A DNA stretch of 64,000 bases from Geosiphon pyriformis uo1 (taxonomy: Eukaryota > Fungi > Glomeromycota). The notes beneath the pieces are model-generated. The model worked only from the letters and a program-made list of their open reading frames with translations, had not been told where the DNA came from and searched no databases. The stretch spans positions 1 to 64,000 of the forward strand of contig JAAOMT010000240.1 of assembly GCA_016748015.1 (NCBI GenBank), given 5' to 3'. The translations under genes and the position numbers were made by a program. Shown here in pieces: positions 48,720-62,736 of this stretch; the first letter of the stretch is position 1; the number at the start of each line of letters is the position of its first letter.

Positions 48720-51700
48720 ATGAAAATAAAACACCCCAGATTTTTCTTATCAATATTTTGCGCGGGATTAGCACGACTATATGCCGACTCAACACCTAAA
48801 ACTCTTCCTCAGGTCGATTTTCAAACTGTAACCCAAGTAGGCATTGCAGGAAATTATAATGGCTTAACCCTGGCAAGCCAGTTAGTTAAACGACAAGCTT
48901 TCGATGGGAACAGTGCATCACTTGTGACATATACTCCTTCGACACTCAAAGATAACGAAGAAAGTAATGGCTCTTTTCAACTTATCGGGGCTACTTCAAA
49001 ATATGGCTCAATACAAGCTACATGTAAACTATATAACCCTAATGGAGAAAAATATGATATATACGTTGGAGGGAACTTTACTACACTAGGGTCAACGAAA
49101 ATAAATAACATTGCACGTTATGACCCCGAGAGTCAAACCTTTTCACCGTTACTTGAAGGCTTAGACGGTCCAGTATCTTCATTATATTGTGATTCCAACA
49201 ATGGGAGTGTAATGGTTGGTGGATATTTTACGGCTCCTGTGAATGCCTCAAAAAATAATTTAGATTCTACCTCTTTTGGTGGATCGATAGCATTGTGGGA
49301 TGGAAAAACATGGGATCCACTGCCGTTCAAAGGATTCAACGGGCCGGTGTTCACAATTTCATTCAATCGTGAAAATAACACCTTTTACTTTGGTGGTATA
49401 TTTGATGCAACATCCAATGGGGAATACGGGGGGTTAAACAATTCACAGCCTATAAATTTACAAACTTCACTGGTGAGTCCAAACTTTTTATTTTAATTAT
49501 TTGGAAAATGGAATATAAGATTCAAATATTTTAGCTTATGCGATATTGGCTTTAATAAAAAGAAAATTTTGGGTTGGTCTTGAGTTTTTTTTAATGTTGG
49601 TATCTCTGTATTAAGGGAATAAATAGGCAAGTTTTATACACAGATTTTCCACAACAGCCTTATGGCTCAATTTAACGCGATAATCAGTTCATAACATTGG
49701 CTTGTTGAAAAATTTTCATCAGAACATGAAGGGTTACTGCTCGAGGATTTGTTTATCAAATTCTCCACTTTTCCACATCTTTAATTGATCAGTTATTTGC
49801 TAAATGTTCGATTATACTCTTAGATCACTAGTGGCAACGGTGCATTGAATGCAGGATTTAATGATCCAAGTTTATTAGCTTGTAGTGGGTCATCAGATGG
49901 ACCAAACAATACATGGTTATTGAATGACGGAATTCCAGGGTTTATACGGGTCGAGTTTCCCGCGTACACCACTCCGTCTTCTATTGAAATAAGAAATACG
50001 GCATTTGACGGACGTGGCACAAAAAGTTTCAGGTATGTTTGACACAACCAACATTTCAGAATCCGACCGTAATAATTGATTTAGTGACATCGTTTTAACC
50101 CACCCGCAAAAGATACTATTATTGAATGTGAGATTAAGATTTTTACTCAGTTAAGGGAGCTTTTTGTTTTCCATTTTACTGAATTTTCAAAAACATGAGT
50201 AGCTGATTTTTTGACCTTTAAAAGCATATCTCCTATTTATAATTATGACCAATATAATCAAAGAAAAAGACACAAAAAAAGACACGAGAAACTATAGCGC
50301 TAACACGAACTAATAAATTCTAAATTTTATGATTTTAGGATTTTGTCAACACCAGAGAATGGAATTTTTAATCTTTCATATGTTGATCCAAATACCAAAA
50401 CTGAAAAATATTGCATAAATTCTTGTCCTTTGATATCTGACAACAAAGAATACCAAAATTTTAACATTGTCAACCCGATATCAGTTAAAGGCTTTCAAAT
50501 TGAAATTCTTGATTGGTATGGTGGTGGTGGTGGTTTTCATGGAATCCGAGTATATCAAAGTGGTAAATGATTTATTATGTCAATTTAATAATGATTTTCA
50601 AAAAATGGAACATTTATTTTGCTAACGTATGTGGGTTTATTGTGAAATAGATGCTGTTGTGATGGCAGCACGTGATCCCAGGTTTTCCAGTTGTGATCAG
50701 ACACTATTTCAACCTGATGTAAAGTATGATGGTGATTGGCAAAGCAAGCGACTGCCCGGGACTTGGGAAACTGTATCGCAGCTTCAAATTCCGAGATCAC
50801 AACTTTCAACCACCACTTCATCCCTTACTTTACAACCCTATGTTCCACAAACAGGGTTCTACGATGTCACGCTGGATTTACCAAGCTGTGTTCCAATTGG
50901 CTGTGATAAAACAATACCTATTAATGTCACTGTAAACGTTGCCCCAGGACATTCATCCTCCGTTACAATTTCTCAAAATCAAAGTCATTCGGGTTCTTTT
51001 GAAATTTACTCTGGGACTGTTGTTTCTACGTCTTCTTCTTTTGCACCGAATGTTGTCATTACGGTGGCAAAGCCCGTTAAATTTCCTTTTGGCCAAAGCG
51101 ATGGTATTATCTTGGTAAATTTTGTTAAATTTGTCAAAAGAAATAGCAGTATTCCGTTAAGCGGATTATTTCAATATAATCCAGCGACAAAAGAAAATGC
51201 TACATGGGGTGGCTTCAATAGTACGTCATCGTTTTTTCACTGTATCCTCGCACCATTTGTAATAAGCAAGTTTTTTGTTTCTGACAATTTCCAATTTCTA
51301 GGTATTTTATCTGCCCGCGCTAAAGTTTCTACTATTGTTGTCCTCCGCAAATCATCCATTGCAATTGGTGGTAGTTTTTCGAATAGGGATTATTCAAATA
51401 TCGTGCTCTATGATGGATCTGATTTTGTTTCCCTTGCTCATGGTGGTCTTGACGGTCCTGTATCCACTATGGTTGTAGTTGATAATAAATTATTAATTGG
51501 AGGTTTATTCAACAAAACAGCATCTCAAGATCCAATTACTGGCTTCAACAATATAGCTCGTTATGACCTCTCGACAAATCAATGGTCACAAATAAGCGGT
51601 GGTGTAAACGGAGAAGTAAACGTGATAGCTGGGGCCAGTCAAGAAGCTTCTTCAAAAGTATACATATCTGGTCGATTCAACACTGCAATTACGCCAGGTT

Positions 51701-54138
51701 CCCATAATGGAGGAAATCTCACTTACGGCTTTGTTCTTTGGGATGATACTCTGAAGGCATGGTCATCAGCAGGTTATGTTGATGGTCAAATCAGCTCTAT
51801 AACATCCAATACTTATCCTACTGACCAGAATCTTACGACTTTCTTGGGTGGCCGCTTATTTTCTGTGCAATCATTATCAGTATTCAGTGCAGGTCTGCTC
51901 ACAGCGCCCGATCTTAAAATTTCGCCTTTAATCTATCCTCAGACTCAAAATAATCAGACACCTGAAATTACTGTTAACTCTGGTGTTTTCTGGAATGATA
52001 AAAATAACGATGATAAGCAAACCGTCATTTTGGGGGGACAATTTCAGTTAGACAATATCACAAACGTTGCCATACAACAAGATGGAGCATTGAGTGGGCT
52101 TGGGTCAAAGTTCCAAATGGAGGGAAAAGTTAACAGTCTTAGCATTCATGATGATCTTTTGTATATTGGTGGTGAATTCACCGGAAATGCGACCAACACC
52201 GATAAGTTGAATGGCCTAGCTATTTATGATTTAAAAAAACGGATTTTTAATCAAAATCAACCACCGTTGACTGGTAAACATAGAATTACCTTTGAATATC
52301 TTAAAATTGTGTCACAAAAATTTATTTTTTTGGGGGGGGTTTTTTTTTAGTTCAAGGAGATGACAGTGTCAACGTGAAAATGATTCTTCCTCGCAAGGGA
52401 ACTAGTACAATTATTGTAGCTGGGACATTTGACAATGCAGGATTTTTGAACTGTTCAAGGATTTGTTCGTGGGATACCAAAGTTGCTCAATGGAACAATT
52501 TAGGCGTAGATTCCCTTGGAGGGGATATATATGCTTTAAATTTTATCCGGGTAGGTAGATTATTAGCCTTGTCAATAATGGCCTGGATTTTATTTTCTAA
52601 CCAATTCTTCAGCTGCATCACTTTTTAAGTTTTGTCTTGCACAAACTCCTATTAAACCAGTTTATCTTTTATATAGCCACATGCAACTATTCTTCTTGTT
52701 GGGGGAAATTTGATTCTCAATAAAACCAATTATTACCTGGCTCAATTTGACTTTAACACTGGTAATTGGAGTCCTCTCGGGAAAAAAGATGACCTACCTG
52801 GCCCAGTTACAGCACTTTCAAATAGTTCACCGAAAGAAGTATTCCTTGCCGGAAAAGTTGCCGAAAAAAACACGTCTTATATTAGAAAATGGGATGGCTC
52901 AAAATTCATAGCGATCGGTGACAAAATTCAAGGCAACTCCTTAATAACCCAGCTTGAAGTTGTTCCGACAAAAACGCAACATAGGACTAACGACATTCTT
53001 GAACCTAAGAAAATGCTTTTGATTTCTGGTGCGCTCTCACTAGAAACATATGGAGATGTGAGCGTTGCCTTATACGATGGTGTTGATTATTATCCATACC
53101 TTTACTCTTCCAAAATCGGGGGTGACCCTGGAAACATTTTTTCGATTTTCTTCTCGGATGACTTATTCGTCCCTGTTAAAAGTAATTGTATTGATTTTAC
53201 ATGATCTGTTGCTGTTTGAAAAATGTTTTATTCTCCAGATTACTAAATTATTAATCTTTCTTGAATAGAATATCTGGCTGTCCCCCTAGTAATTCTAATT
53301 TCAATTGTGATCGCCTTAGCACTGGTATTTTTTATCGTCGCAATTGGCATGGCAATCGCATACATGAAAAGACGAAAAACAATTAAGAAAACGCCACTTA
53401 ATCCACGTGATTCTATTTTGGCGCCCGCCAAATCTCAAACAGATTTCTTGGACAACCTCAACAAGGCACTAATTGCACAACCGCATTTATATAATGATGT
53501 AAGAAATTCTACCGTTAAATCTAGTATCACAACTGACGGGAAATCTATAGAGGAAACGGCAGGGGTAGCTGGATTCAGTCGCTCACATTTAGGAGCTGAT
53601 ACGGGATCGGAAACTGATCATACTTCAACGCAAAGGATTCCGCTAAAAGGAGAGGGTCAAAGAAATTCAGATAATAGCGATTTGTTCATTGCTGCAAAAA
53701 TAGGGGCTAAAATCGCCGAGGAAGATGCTATCAATAATGAGGGTACTAATGTGCCTGGAGAATTGGCCGCAGGGTCGGCACCAGGAATGGGGGCTTTTCA
53801 AGAAATTTTTCTTAATGGCGGAGGGCCTAAAACATACTATGCCAAATACGAGTTTGAGGCAAGAGAAGAAGCTGAGCTAGGCTTCCAGATGGGAGAGAAA
53901 ATTCACGTAATTGATACTAATGACCCTGTTTGGTGGATGGGATTAATAGATGATGGTAGGTACCAAGTAAAACAGGAATCACAATTATGGGATTAAATTA
54001 ACCAAAAATATCATGTTGTTTATTAAAGGTACTGGACGGCCAAGACAAGGTGTTTTTCCAAGTAACTACGTGACTCTCGAACCTCCACCATATGATCATG
54101 ACAGTATTTACGATCCTGAAATTACAGACAATCATTAA
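48720..54138 (+). CDS. RAX2: Rax2-like cell-polarity membrane protein with C-terminal SH3, 9 exons
   Basis: Signal peptide, beta-propeller-like repeats (YVGGNFT, GLDGPV), TM segment YLAVPLVILISIVIAL, SH3 (AKYEF..EL.F..WW..GVFPSNYV). Exons 48720-49472, 49824-50032, 50339-50562, 50651-51220, 51302-52273, 52351-52550, 52677-53181, 53269-53955, 54029-54138. Confidence 0.85.
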
Positions 54139-54704
54139 TCCTAATCATGAGCATATTTTTTTTACCTAATGACATTCTTTCTCCTTCCCCCTATCCTCAT
54201 GCGCTTACATTGTATGTCCCATCACTATCCTTTATCACAAGCGCTTTATTCCTCTTTACCCATGTAATCATAGAATTATTGTGTATTTATAAATTTTAGA
54301 AAAGTTGGATTCGGGGCTTGCACAGTGAAGTGTTAATATAATCTGTTTTTCCAGTTAACAAAGATCTACTCAAATTCAGCGAGCTGAAGCAATAATTAGT
54401 TGTTCATATAGAAAAACCAACACTACTTTGTATTATATTCTCTAATTACCTTATTCAAGCCTCAAAAAGTAAGAATTTTAAAAATGAAATTTCAAGTTTC
54501 TTTAATCCACACTTTTCTATTGGATCAAAAAATTTGGATATTTTAATTGCTTATTATCCTAGACCAAGGATAAAATTTCTGAAGGTACCACAGCCCCTCA
54601 AATTGCTAGGTCCATCGTACAATAGGATGACCAAAAATTCAATCAATTTATAGAACGGAAATTGCCCAAAGCTGGTTGAACCTTGAGGTGTTAACTGAAA
54701 TGAT

Positions 54705-57700
54705 TCAATGCATTTTGTTTTGCCCACTAATCTGCCCGTAATACTGGTTATAGTCGAGTCGTACGACCAAACACAGAAACTGAACAGTTTCTGTAGCGGA
54801 GTAAAAATTGAGGGCATCAATCAATAATCTGATATGATACAAGAAGTTATCTTCGAACTTGTGAAGTGTCTTATCATGTTGTTCAAGGGCTGATGATAAA
54901 GAGGTGTTTGAATTTGATACGCTAGTGTTGGAAGGATTCACCAAAGCTTGTAGCGATATTAGGCTTTTGGCGAACTTATCAGTGTAATTAGCGAATAAGA
55001 CGCATGTATAAACTAATTTAGAATATATCTAGATTTCCAATAAAAAGAAAGGTATTAAATCACTTTAAAAAATTATGGTTTCATTAGGTATATTTCTGTA
55101 CTTACTCGCAGTAATTTGGCATTAGTCAACATGCATTCCTTTAAACAGGTGTCCAAAAAATCAGTATGATATTGAAGTACTTGGTCAACAGTGGATACCT
55201 GTTGAAAATGAATCGTAATACAAAGATTTCTTGAATATCTTCAGGTTTTATAAAAAAGTCAATAAGAGCATGGCCGAACATCTCAAAAGTATATTTTTTG
55301 AAATATACCAAGCTTTTTCAAGTATGATCAACGTGTTGGTGGCATTTCAAATTAATAATTGTCTGTCCATATTTTCCCAATAAGGAATAATGGTGAAAAC
55401 TAACAAATGTGTATCAACATACTTTTGCAAGGTTGGCCTCCAAATTCCTCCATTGTGGTTCCAACACTTCGTTAGTCACGTAATAAGCGAATTGTTGAGT
55501 GAAAACAATCATCCTTTGTCGGAGGGCAAAAACACGGTTCTTCCATGCTTCAATCCCTGGATGAACGGCTCCTTCGCGCCAATAAAATGACTTGGAGTGT
55601 TCAGTCCATAAGTTACAAATGAGTTGTTCGACGTGTTTAAGGTGAAGTAGGTGGCGAAAAAGTAGCTGGTATTTGGTAAGGGCCTTACGTGATATCACTA
55701 GTGAAAGTGGAAAGGTAACTGTGTAATCGAGTGACAAAGCTTCGATTCCTGCATTTTCAATGTGGCAGTAATTAAAAATTAAAATAATAACATCTTTCGT
55801 CAACGACTTGGGTACCCTAAAACAGAAAATTATCTGTATAAAAGGAATAACAATTAATTCAAAAACATACCAGTCAAAGCCTGTTTACTGCTACTACCTC
55901 CAAAACCTCCTATGGTCCCGGTGAGACTGCTAGCCACGCTACCAATAAGACTAGCCGCATAAGATGGCCTATCTGTTTCTTCCAATCCATCGCCATCACT
56001 TTCATCGCCGATTTTCCCAGTTTCTTTACGTATAGCAAATGTTTCTGTTATACGCTGGGGTCTATTGAAAGTAGATGTTGGCATGGGTTCAGCCATTCCG
56101 GCGACATTTATAATTCGCAATAACTGATCCACAAGCCCAACAGAACTCATCTCCACCTTAAGGTCCTCCTTGAATGGATCTGCATAAGCTACTGAGGATG
56201 GATTACGAAGGACCAAGTCAAGCAACGATTGAAGTTTGGTCAGAGAAACTTGACTCGAAGGTTTCTTCAGTTCGGGAGAAGCAAGGTCCAAAAAGTGAGT
56301 AAAAAAATCGGATTGATCAAGGAAGAAGTATCGTTTGATAGATCTGTAAATTAATGAAATAAATTTTGTGCCATTTTGAAAAAATCACTAAACTGCAAAA
56401 TTAAAATATATGAACCTGAGTCGAGCTAAAAGTTGCTGATCTTTCAATAGTTGATCTAATAAAGTCCGATTAGCGCGTTTATATGCAATCTCTATGTTTT
56501 CCACAAATCTAAATTTTTTTCAGAGATTTTTATTCTCCATATATTTTCGGGCGAATTGTTGTTCTGTAAATGATTACAAATGAAAACCAACCTCCCACCA
56601 TCCATTGCTACTAGAATATCACTATTAACGTTAACGTCAGTTCTATCAACTCCTTTTCTCCCAATGATTTCTTCTATTCGCTCTTGTTTCGGTTCTTCTA
56701 TAGCGATTCCACATTCGCGAATGACGTTAAGGTATTTGCCAGCTAATAAAATTTTATTTTTGAATGGGACTAAAAACGGTGGAATGATATTACTACGAGG
56801 AGTATAGCGTTGCTCCCAGTAGGTATCGTTAAAATCTTCTTTGATATTTTCTTTTTTGACGCTTTTTCGTTCTTGTATCATAAACTCTTCGTATGGATCT
56901 CTAATTTCCCCGTGATGTATCCAAGAATGAAGCATGGAAACATATGGCTGAGAGGATTTCGAGAGTAAGTAAATATAGAGTTTCTTGGTACCAGGATCTC
57001 TTATAAATTGAAAGGAGAAAAAGAAATTTAAAATGGATTTTAAGCTTCCAATATTTTTCGTATCTAAATAGAATCTTTTAATATGAAAAATTTTCAATCT
57101 TTTAAAAGCTTACCCACACATCGTAGTTAGTCTTTCCACCAAGATCCCGAGAATTCCACCTCCTTTGATTTGTTCTGGTATAGCACTTTTTTTCCCAAAT
57201 CCCTCTACAATCAGCATTTCATCTTCCTCAGCTTCTAAAGCGTCCCGCTCAACATCACGAATTTCCATGGTAAGAGAATAAATACTTGACATTGTGTGTA
57301 AGGTTGGGTGTACATAGAACCAAAATTTTTGTAATGTAAACGTAGGGGATGATCGGAATTGATGTTCAAGTTGGGTAATTAAAACTAGATACTCCTAATG
57401 AATTGTGTTGAAGGAAAGAGCCTCAGAGGAGAAAATATTGATATCACAAATCTTTCAATCCACTTATGTAAATAAAAGAAAACCTTGAGTAGTTCCTTAA
57501 TAGCCGCACACAAGGCGTGATTTACAAATCCATACTCAAAGGTCGAGTAAATTTCAATAAAAGCATCAATTGAAGTGTAATATGTGGCTAGAGGTAAGAT
57601 TCGTTCGGCAAGATCCTTTAAAGAAGGGTCTGACAAATAAATAATGAATAGATAAGCTCAATAAAAGTAAAAAATAGGAGATCAAAGTAAATATGCAAGA

Positions 57701-58333
57701 TACCCAAAGATTTGTCCACTACATATTTAAAACCTTCGACGCGGCGCTCTTGGTCATTTTTTAGGTTTTCAGATCGATTGATATGTATATGCTTTCCTTC
57801 AATGCCCTATTATCCATATGCAAAGTCAGTTTCAAATAATAATTCATCCGCATGGTGGATTCCGGCTCAATTCAAAGGAAAATTAATGGATCAAGAATTT
57901 TTTAAATAGCTCTTGAAAAATCACCATTATAACAAACAATAAATCCTCGATGACGGCGTATTCTTGTAGTTGTAGCGGCAAGGAGCCAACACTTAAAGAA
58001 TCTTTGAGTACATTGGTGTTTATTGAGGCATGAGCTTGGTTTCTCGCGTCAATAACACTTGCACGTGTTCCCAGTCCTCCAGTTGAGGAGGGAGTGGATA
58101 TTTTAAAGCTAGCCCGGGTCTTAAAGATGCCAAGATTCACTTAGAACAAGCTTATAAATAAGTAATGAAAGCATGGGCTGGTAAGGCCTCAGAGCACCCT
58201 GATAAGTATCAAAAATTTCACTAAAGACTTCAAAAATCGTGGTTTAAACAAAACACAAATTTACAAGAGTACAGAGTAAATATAATTCTAGGCGTTGTTT
58301 GGCTCTTTAGGATTCTTCTACCTTTTCAGACAT
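54705..58333 (-). CDS. SPC97: Gamma-tubulin complex component 2 (GCP2/Spc97/Alp4), multi-exon; 5' end uncertain (ATG 58333 or 58422)
   Basis: [79 protein letters not shown]. Confidence 0.9.
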
Positions 58334-59490
58334 GCCCTTCCAAAGATAATTGTGTTCTCTTCAAAACTCGCGTTCCAACTCGATTGAGATCTGCGATTTA
58401 TTTGTCCGAATTTGGAAAACATCAATTCAATTAATACAAAATATATAAAATGGTAAAAAATTTGAAAAAAGCGCAGCTTGAACTCATTTGGCACTAAGGA
58501 ATATACCCTCGAGTTTTTAAAGAATATTGACAATGTGTTATACCTCTAAACACGGAACCAATGCATTTGGCTCTTTACTAGTGATGGAACATGTCGTTAA
58601 ATGAGTAAATTTTTTCAAATGCCACGTTCTTTCCCATTGGAATTGTTAACTTGGGCCTTAAACTGAAATGTAACACGTGGAGTCAGACTAGGTAAAGATA
58701 AACTCTCTTCTTAATTTCGATGGTAACCGCTTTTTAACACTTTATATCTCTCAATCCGTGCCTTCATAATGATTTCGAGTCTTTATGCAGGTTTAATGTT
58801 GGATTTGATGAGCAATAAATTGTTACATTCTTAAGACGAAGGAATCAATTCCTTGCCAGTTTATAACTATTTCGAAATCTTCAGCGCTTGTGATCTCAAC
58901 AAAAGTTTGGTAATTACAAGATAAGCCAAACTATAGACCACAGCAACAACCTCAATATCTTCAAGCCCAAGATCCCGACCATCGATAACTATTTTTCGTT
59001 AGAAATAATCATATTTGTGGTGGAAACAGCTATCTATCTAGCTAGCTAACAACAACATTAACGAAGACGACATCTATGAAAATTGATGATATTATTTTAC
59101 CTTCTTATCTCATAAAAACGCGTACAAGAGAATAAAGAATTTCTCATATTCTCATAATATTCATTTAAAGTTGATATATATATATATATATTGAATTTAA
59201 CATAAAACTAAAAGAATCTGAACGTTATTGATGATAGTTCCTCGTTTGAGTGGGTGTTCTTAAGAGTTTTATGAAGACCTCGTTTACTTGTTCTCGTTTT
59301 TACAAGGGTGTAAATTTTCCGGATTATCTTGAAATCTGTGATATGACGACAATTATGGTAGATAATTGATCCGATCTTGAGCTTGAAACCGTTAACCAAT
59401 CACAGCCCAGATAAGGTCATAGTATATTTGGAGAGCTCTAGTCTCTTAGCTAATCTTTAGTACTTCTAGTTTTAATCTTTGTCTTTACCA

Positions 59491-61767
59491 ATGTCTGTTC
59501 ACGAAGAAAGACGAGGAGGCGGCCACGAAGACAAACGGGGCTGGGGAAGTAGTAGCGGTAGTGGTGGTGACAAATGGGCTGCCAGATTATATGTCGGTGT
59601 GTATTCAATTGATTAAAAACGCTATCAAAAGTTTTTGGAAAGTCACCTAGTCTTAGCCGCTTGTTTTTGACAGGTCGTTTGTCTAGAAATATTTCAGAAC
59701 GTGACATCGACGACACTTTTGGAAAATATGGTCGAATTCGGGAGGTTGACGTAAGCGACTTTCTTATGAAAAACTAACTTGGCACAATCAATAATTTTTG
59801 AAGAGGCTAAATTTGTGAAATCCTACTAATATTGGTTTTCGACAATTTTATATAATCATAGATGAAGGTAAATATTTGGTTGGGTTTTTGGGCATATTCC
59901 GATAATATTGGTTACTTTTTATCATCTTTCAATTTTTCATATATTCATTATTAGATCGGCTTTTGCTTTGTTCAATATGAGGATCCGAGAGATGCTGAAG
60001 ACGCCCTGAGGTGAGAGGAGCGTTGGTGACACGCGGTCGGTAGAGACAATGCGACCTCGCCGCGAGAATTTTGGAATTTTTGATTTTTGTCTTTTTGGTG
60101 TATCGGAAATGTATCTTGCGAGTGGCATAACTTTCTCATGTTGGAGCTTGAGACAACAGTTCTTAAGAATGGGGGTGCGAATATTCCCGAGAAAATCCCT
60201 AATTTTGATACATAAAAGGATGCAATCGATTTATATGTTGTTGGGAGAATGATGAATGATGAAAATGGGAGTGGAGTATAAGAGAAAGAAACTAGAAAAA
60301 ACGCGAAATGGGTTCTCGTTAGAACCGCACTCTCTACATATCGCCGAAAGGTGGGAGCCGTAGACCCTAGTTTTTAACGCCAGTATTAATTCAGGGCACT
60401 AGACGGCACGCGTATCCAAGGCAATGATGAAAGAATCCTTGTGGAATTCGCCAAAGGTAGGATATTTAAAAGGATTTAGAGTTTTTTTTTTATGAATTGT
60501 CGGTTTTATTTTATTTTGTTCTTTGTCGATTTTTGCTAATCGGAGCAGGGAGCACTTGGCGCGGATCAACTCGAGACAGCCGAGGTTCTAGTTTCGGAGG
60601 CGGTGGAAGCAATCGTTTTGACAGACCTCCTGAAAGATGCTTCAATTGCGGACAAGTTGGTATGGGTCAAGAGTTTTACCAATTTTCATTTTTAAGAAGC
60701 CTTTTTTCAGATATATATACTTATTGAGAATATTTTGGTTTGGTAACCATTTCTATTGATGTGCATCTACAGGTCACTGGTAAGTAATTTCATACACACT
60801 TCTCAGATTTTATTTCTTGACTCCCCAATCAATACGACTTTTTGTCAATTTTCAGGGCTAGGGATTGGTAAGTACTAAAATACTTAGGTCACAGTATTTT
60901 TTTCCTTTAGAATTTTAATGTTATCTGTCATTTAATTGAAATTATAAAGCCCAACTCCACCTGGAAGGTAAGATTATCTACGCAAGAAAACCTTGATTTC
61001 CAATATTTTTGAATAAATACACTAAGTTAATCCATTGTCACTTTTTACCTTTGGTTAAAGTGGAGAACGCTCTCGCAGGTAAGGAAGTTTATTACACACT
61101 TCATTTTTGATCCTTTTTTTGAGATGAACTTCAATCAAATTACCTTTCACCCTATTTTTTTTATCTTATTCTTAACATTCAGATATGAAGAAAATAGATG
61201 TTTGTGAGTCATTTATGATTGGTTAATGATTTTATGAAATGTTGATATCTACTGAATCTAAAATCCTCCTTGAAAAGTACGTGCGGACAACCAGGCCATC
61301 GCGCTAGGGAATGCTCTAGGTAAAATTTAAAAAATGAACCAAGTTCAAACATTTAAGGGTCTATATTAGTGTTTTTTGTTTTATAAAATTTTGATTATTG
61401 TAAGTTAAAAAGTTAAAGTCTTATGCTTAATTCTTAAAGAAGTTTAACTTCTTCGCGTAAAAGATCGCGTTCTCCGTACCGCCCTGAACGAGATCGCTCA
61501 CCAGCTAGGAGTTCCCGCTCACCGCACCGCTCGGAGCGCGAAAGAGGCTCGCGTGATCGCCACAGGGATCATGATCGAGATTCACGTCGACGAGACCGAG
61601 ATCGTGGATCTCGTGATCGCGACAGGGATCGTTCTCCCCGTGAGCGTAATCATGATCGGGAAAAAGAACGAAATCGTGATCGTAGCTCTTCGAAAGAACG
61701 TTCGCCAAGACGAAGATCTGAAACTCCACCAAGGCATTCTTCACGAAGATCTCTATCCCCGCATTAA
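59491..61767 (+). CDS. SR splicing factor: RRM, two CCHC knuckles, RS/RD tail; 13 exons
   Basis: RLYVGRL..GFAFVQYED.RDAEDA..LDG..VEFAK; CFNCGQVGHWARDC; CFTCGQPGHRAREC. Exons 59491-59596, 59674-59750, 59862-59867, 59955-60010, 60395-60456, 60549-60659, 60773-60779, 60856-60867, 60950-60967, 61061-61078, 61183-61203, 61278-61319, 61440-61767. Confidence 0.87.
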
Positions 61768-62565
61768 TTCAAAGTCTATCAGTTATGTGTATTGGTTTTT
61801 CCAACCTACTCTTAAATTTCTGCTTGTAGTCAGATGGGCGACTGTCTTTTTGTTAAAGTCTATGATTTTATTTTAGGGGATTTAATTTTATTCAATATTC
61901 TTTTTCTATATCATCATTAAAAAGATTATTAACTGGCTACTTTAGCCATTTAAAATTCTGGGCTTTTATTCCAAGGAGTACTTGATTTTGTTTTTACTCA
62001 AGTTATATTTGACATAACAATAACAAATTATTAATCATAAATATATTTATAAAATGGGTAAAATTAATTACAATATACAATGAATTACTTGTAATTTAAT
62101 CACTATTCATATATATAACATGTACATGTTTTATAATAAACATAAATTATATATTTTTTACATATTATTAACCAGTTGAACCATTAAAATTACATTATTT
62201 TAAAACATTGTGTTTATACAGTTTTTTACATAAAATTTTTTCTTAAAAAGTATAAATATAATATTAAAACTCTAAAATATTTAATAAATTTAAAAACAAT
62301 ACAATTTTTTAGTTTTAAATATACTTTTAAATTTTTTTAATGATTAATAAATAATATTTTTTATAATACAAAATTTAATTTAATTTAAAAATCAATATAA
62401 ATTATTTTAATTTTTGTTATTAATATATATTATTATTTAAATTTAGTATTAATTACTTAATTAATAATATATTAATAAAAAAATATTTTTTTTATAATAT
62501 ATAATACTTTTTTAAACAATTTTAACAATTTGTTAATTTTTATATATTATATTTATTTTATAGTT

Positions 62566-62615
62566 AACACAATAACAACAACAACAACAACAATAACAAC
62601 AATAACAACAACAAC

Positions 62616-62648
<33 letters not shown>

Positions 62649-62650
62649 TA
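62566..62650. repeat. (AAC)n(AAT)n microsatellite
   Basis: Read directly from the sequence. Confidence 0.85.
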
Positions 62651-62736
62651 AATATATTATTTATTATTATTAAAATATATTTATAAAAGTTTAAAATATA
62701 TTTATAAAGAAAAACTATAATATATATTAAGATGCC

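Noticed and set aside
54554-54820. 88-aa ORF overlapping the GCP2 end
   Set aside because: Off-frame overlap; the GCP2 frame ends at 54705.
61553-61876. 107-aa ORF and antisense 61505-61744
   Set aside because: Alternative frames of the RS/RD-coding last exon of the SR gene.
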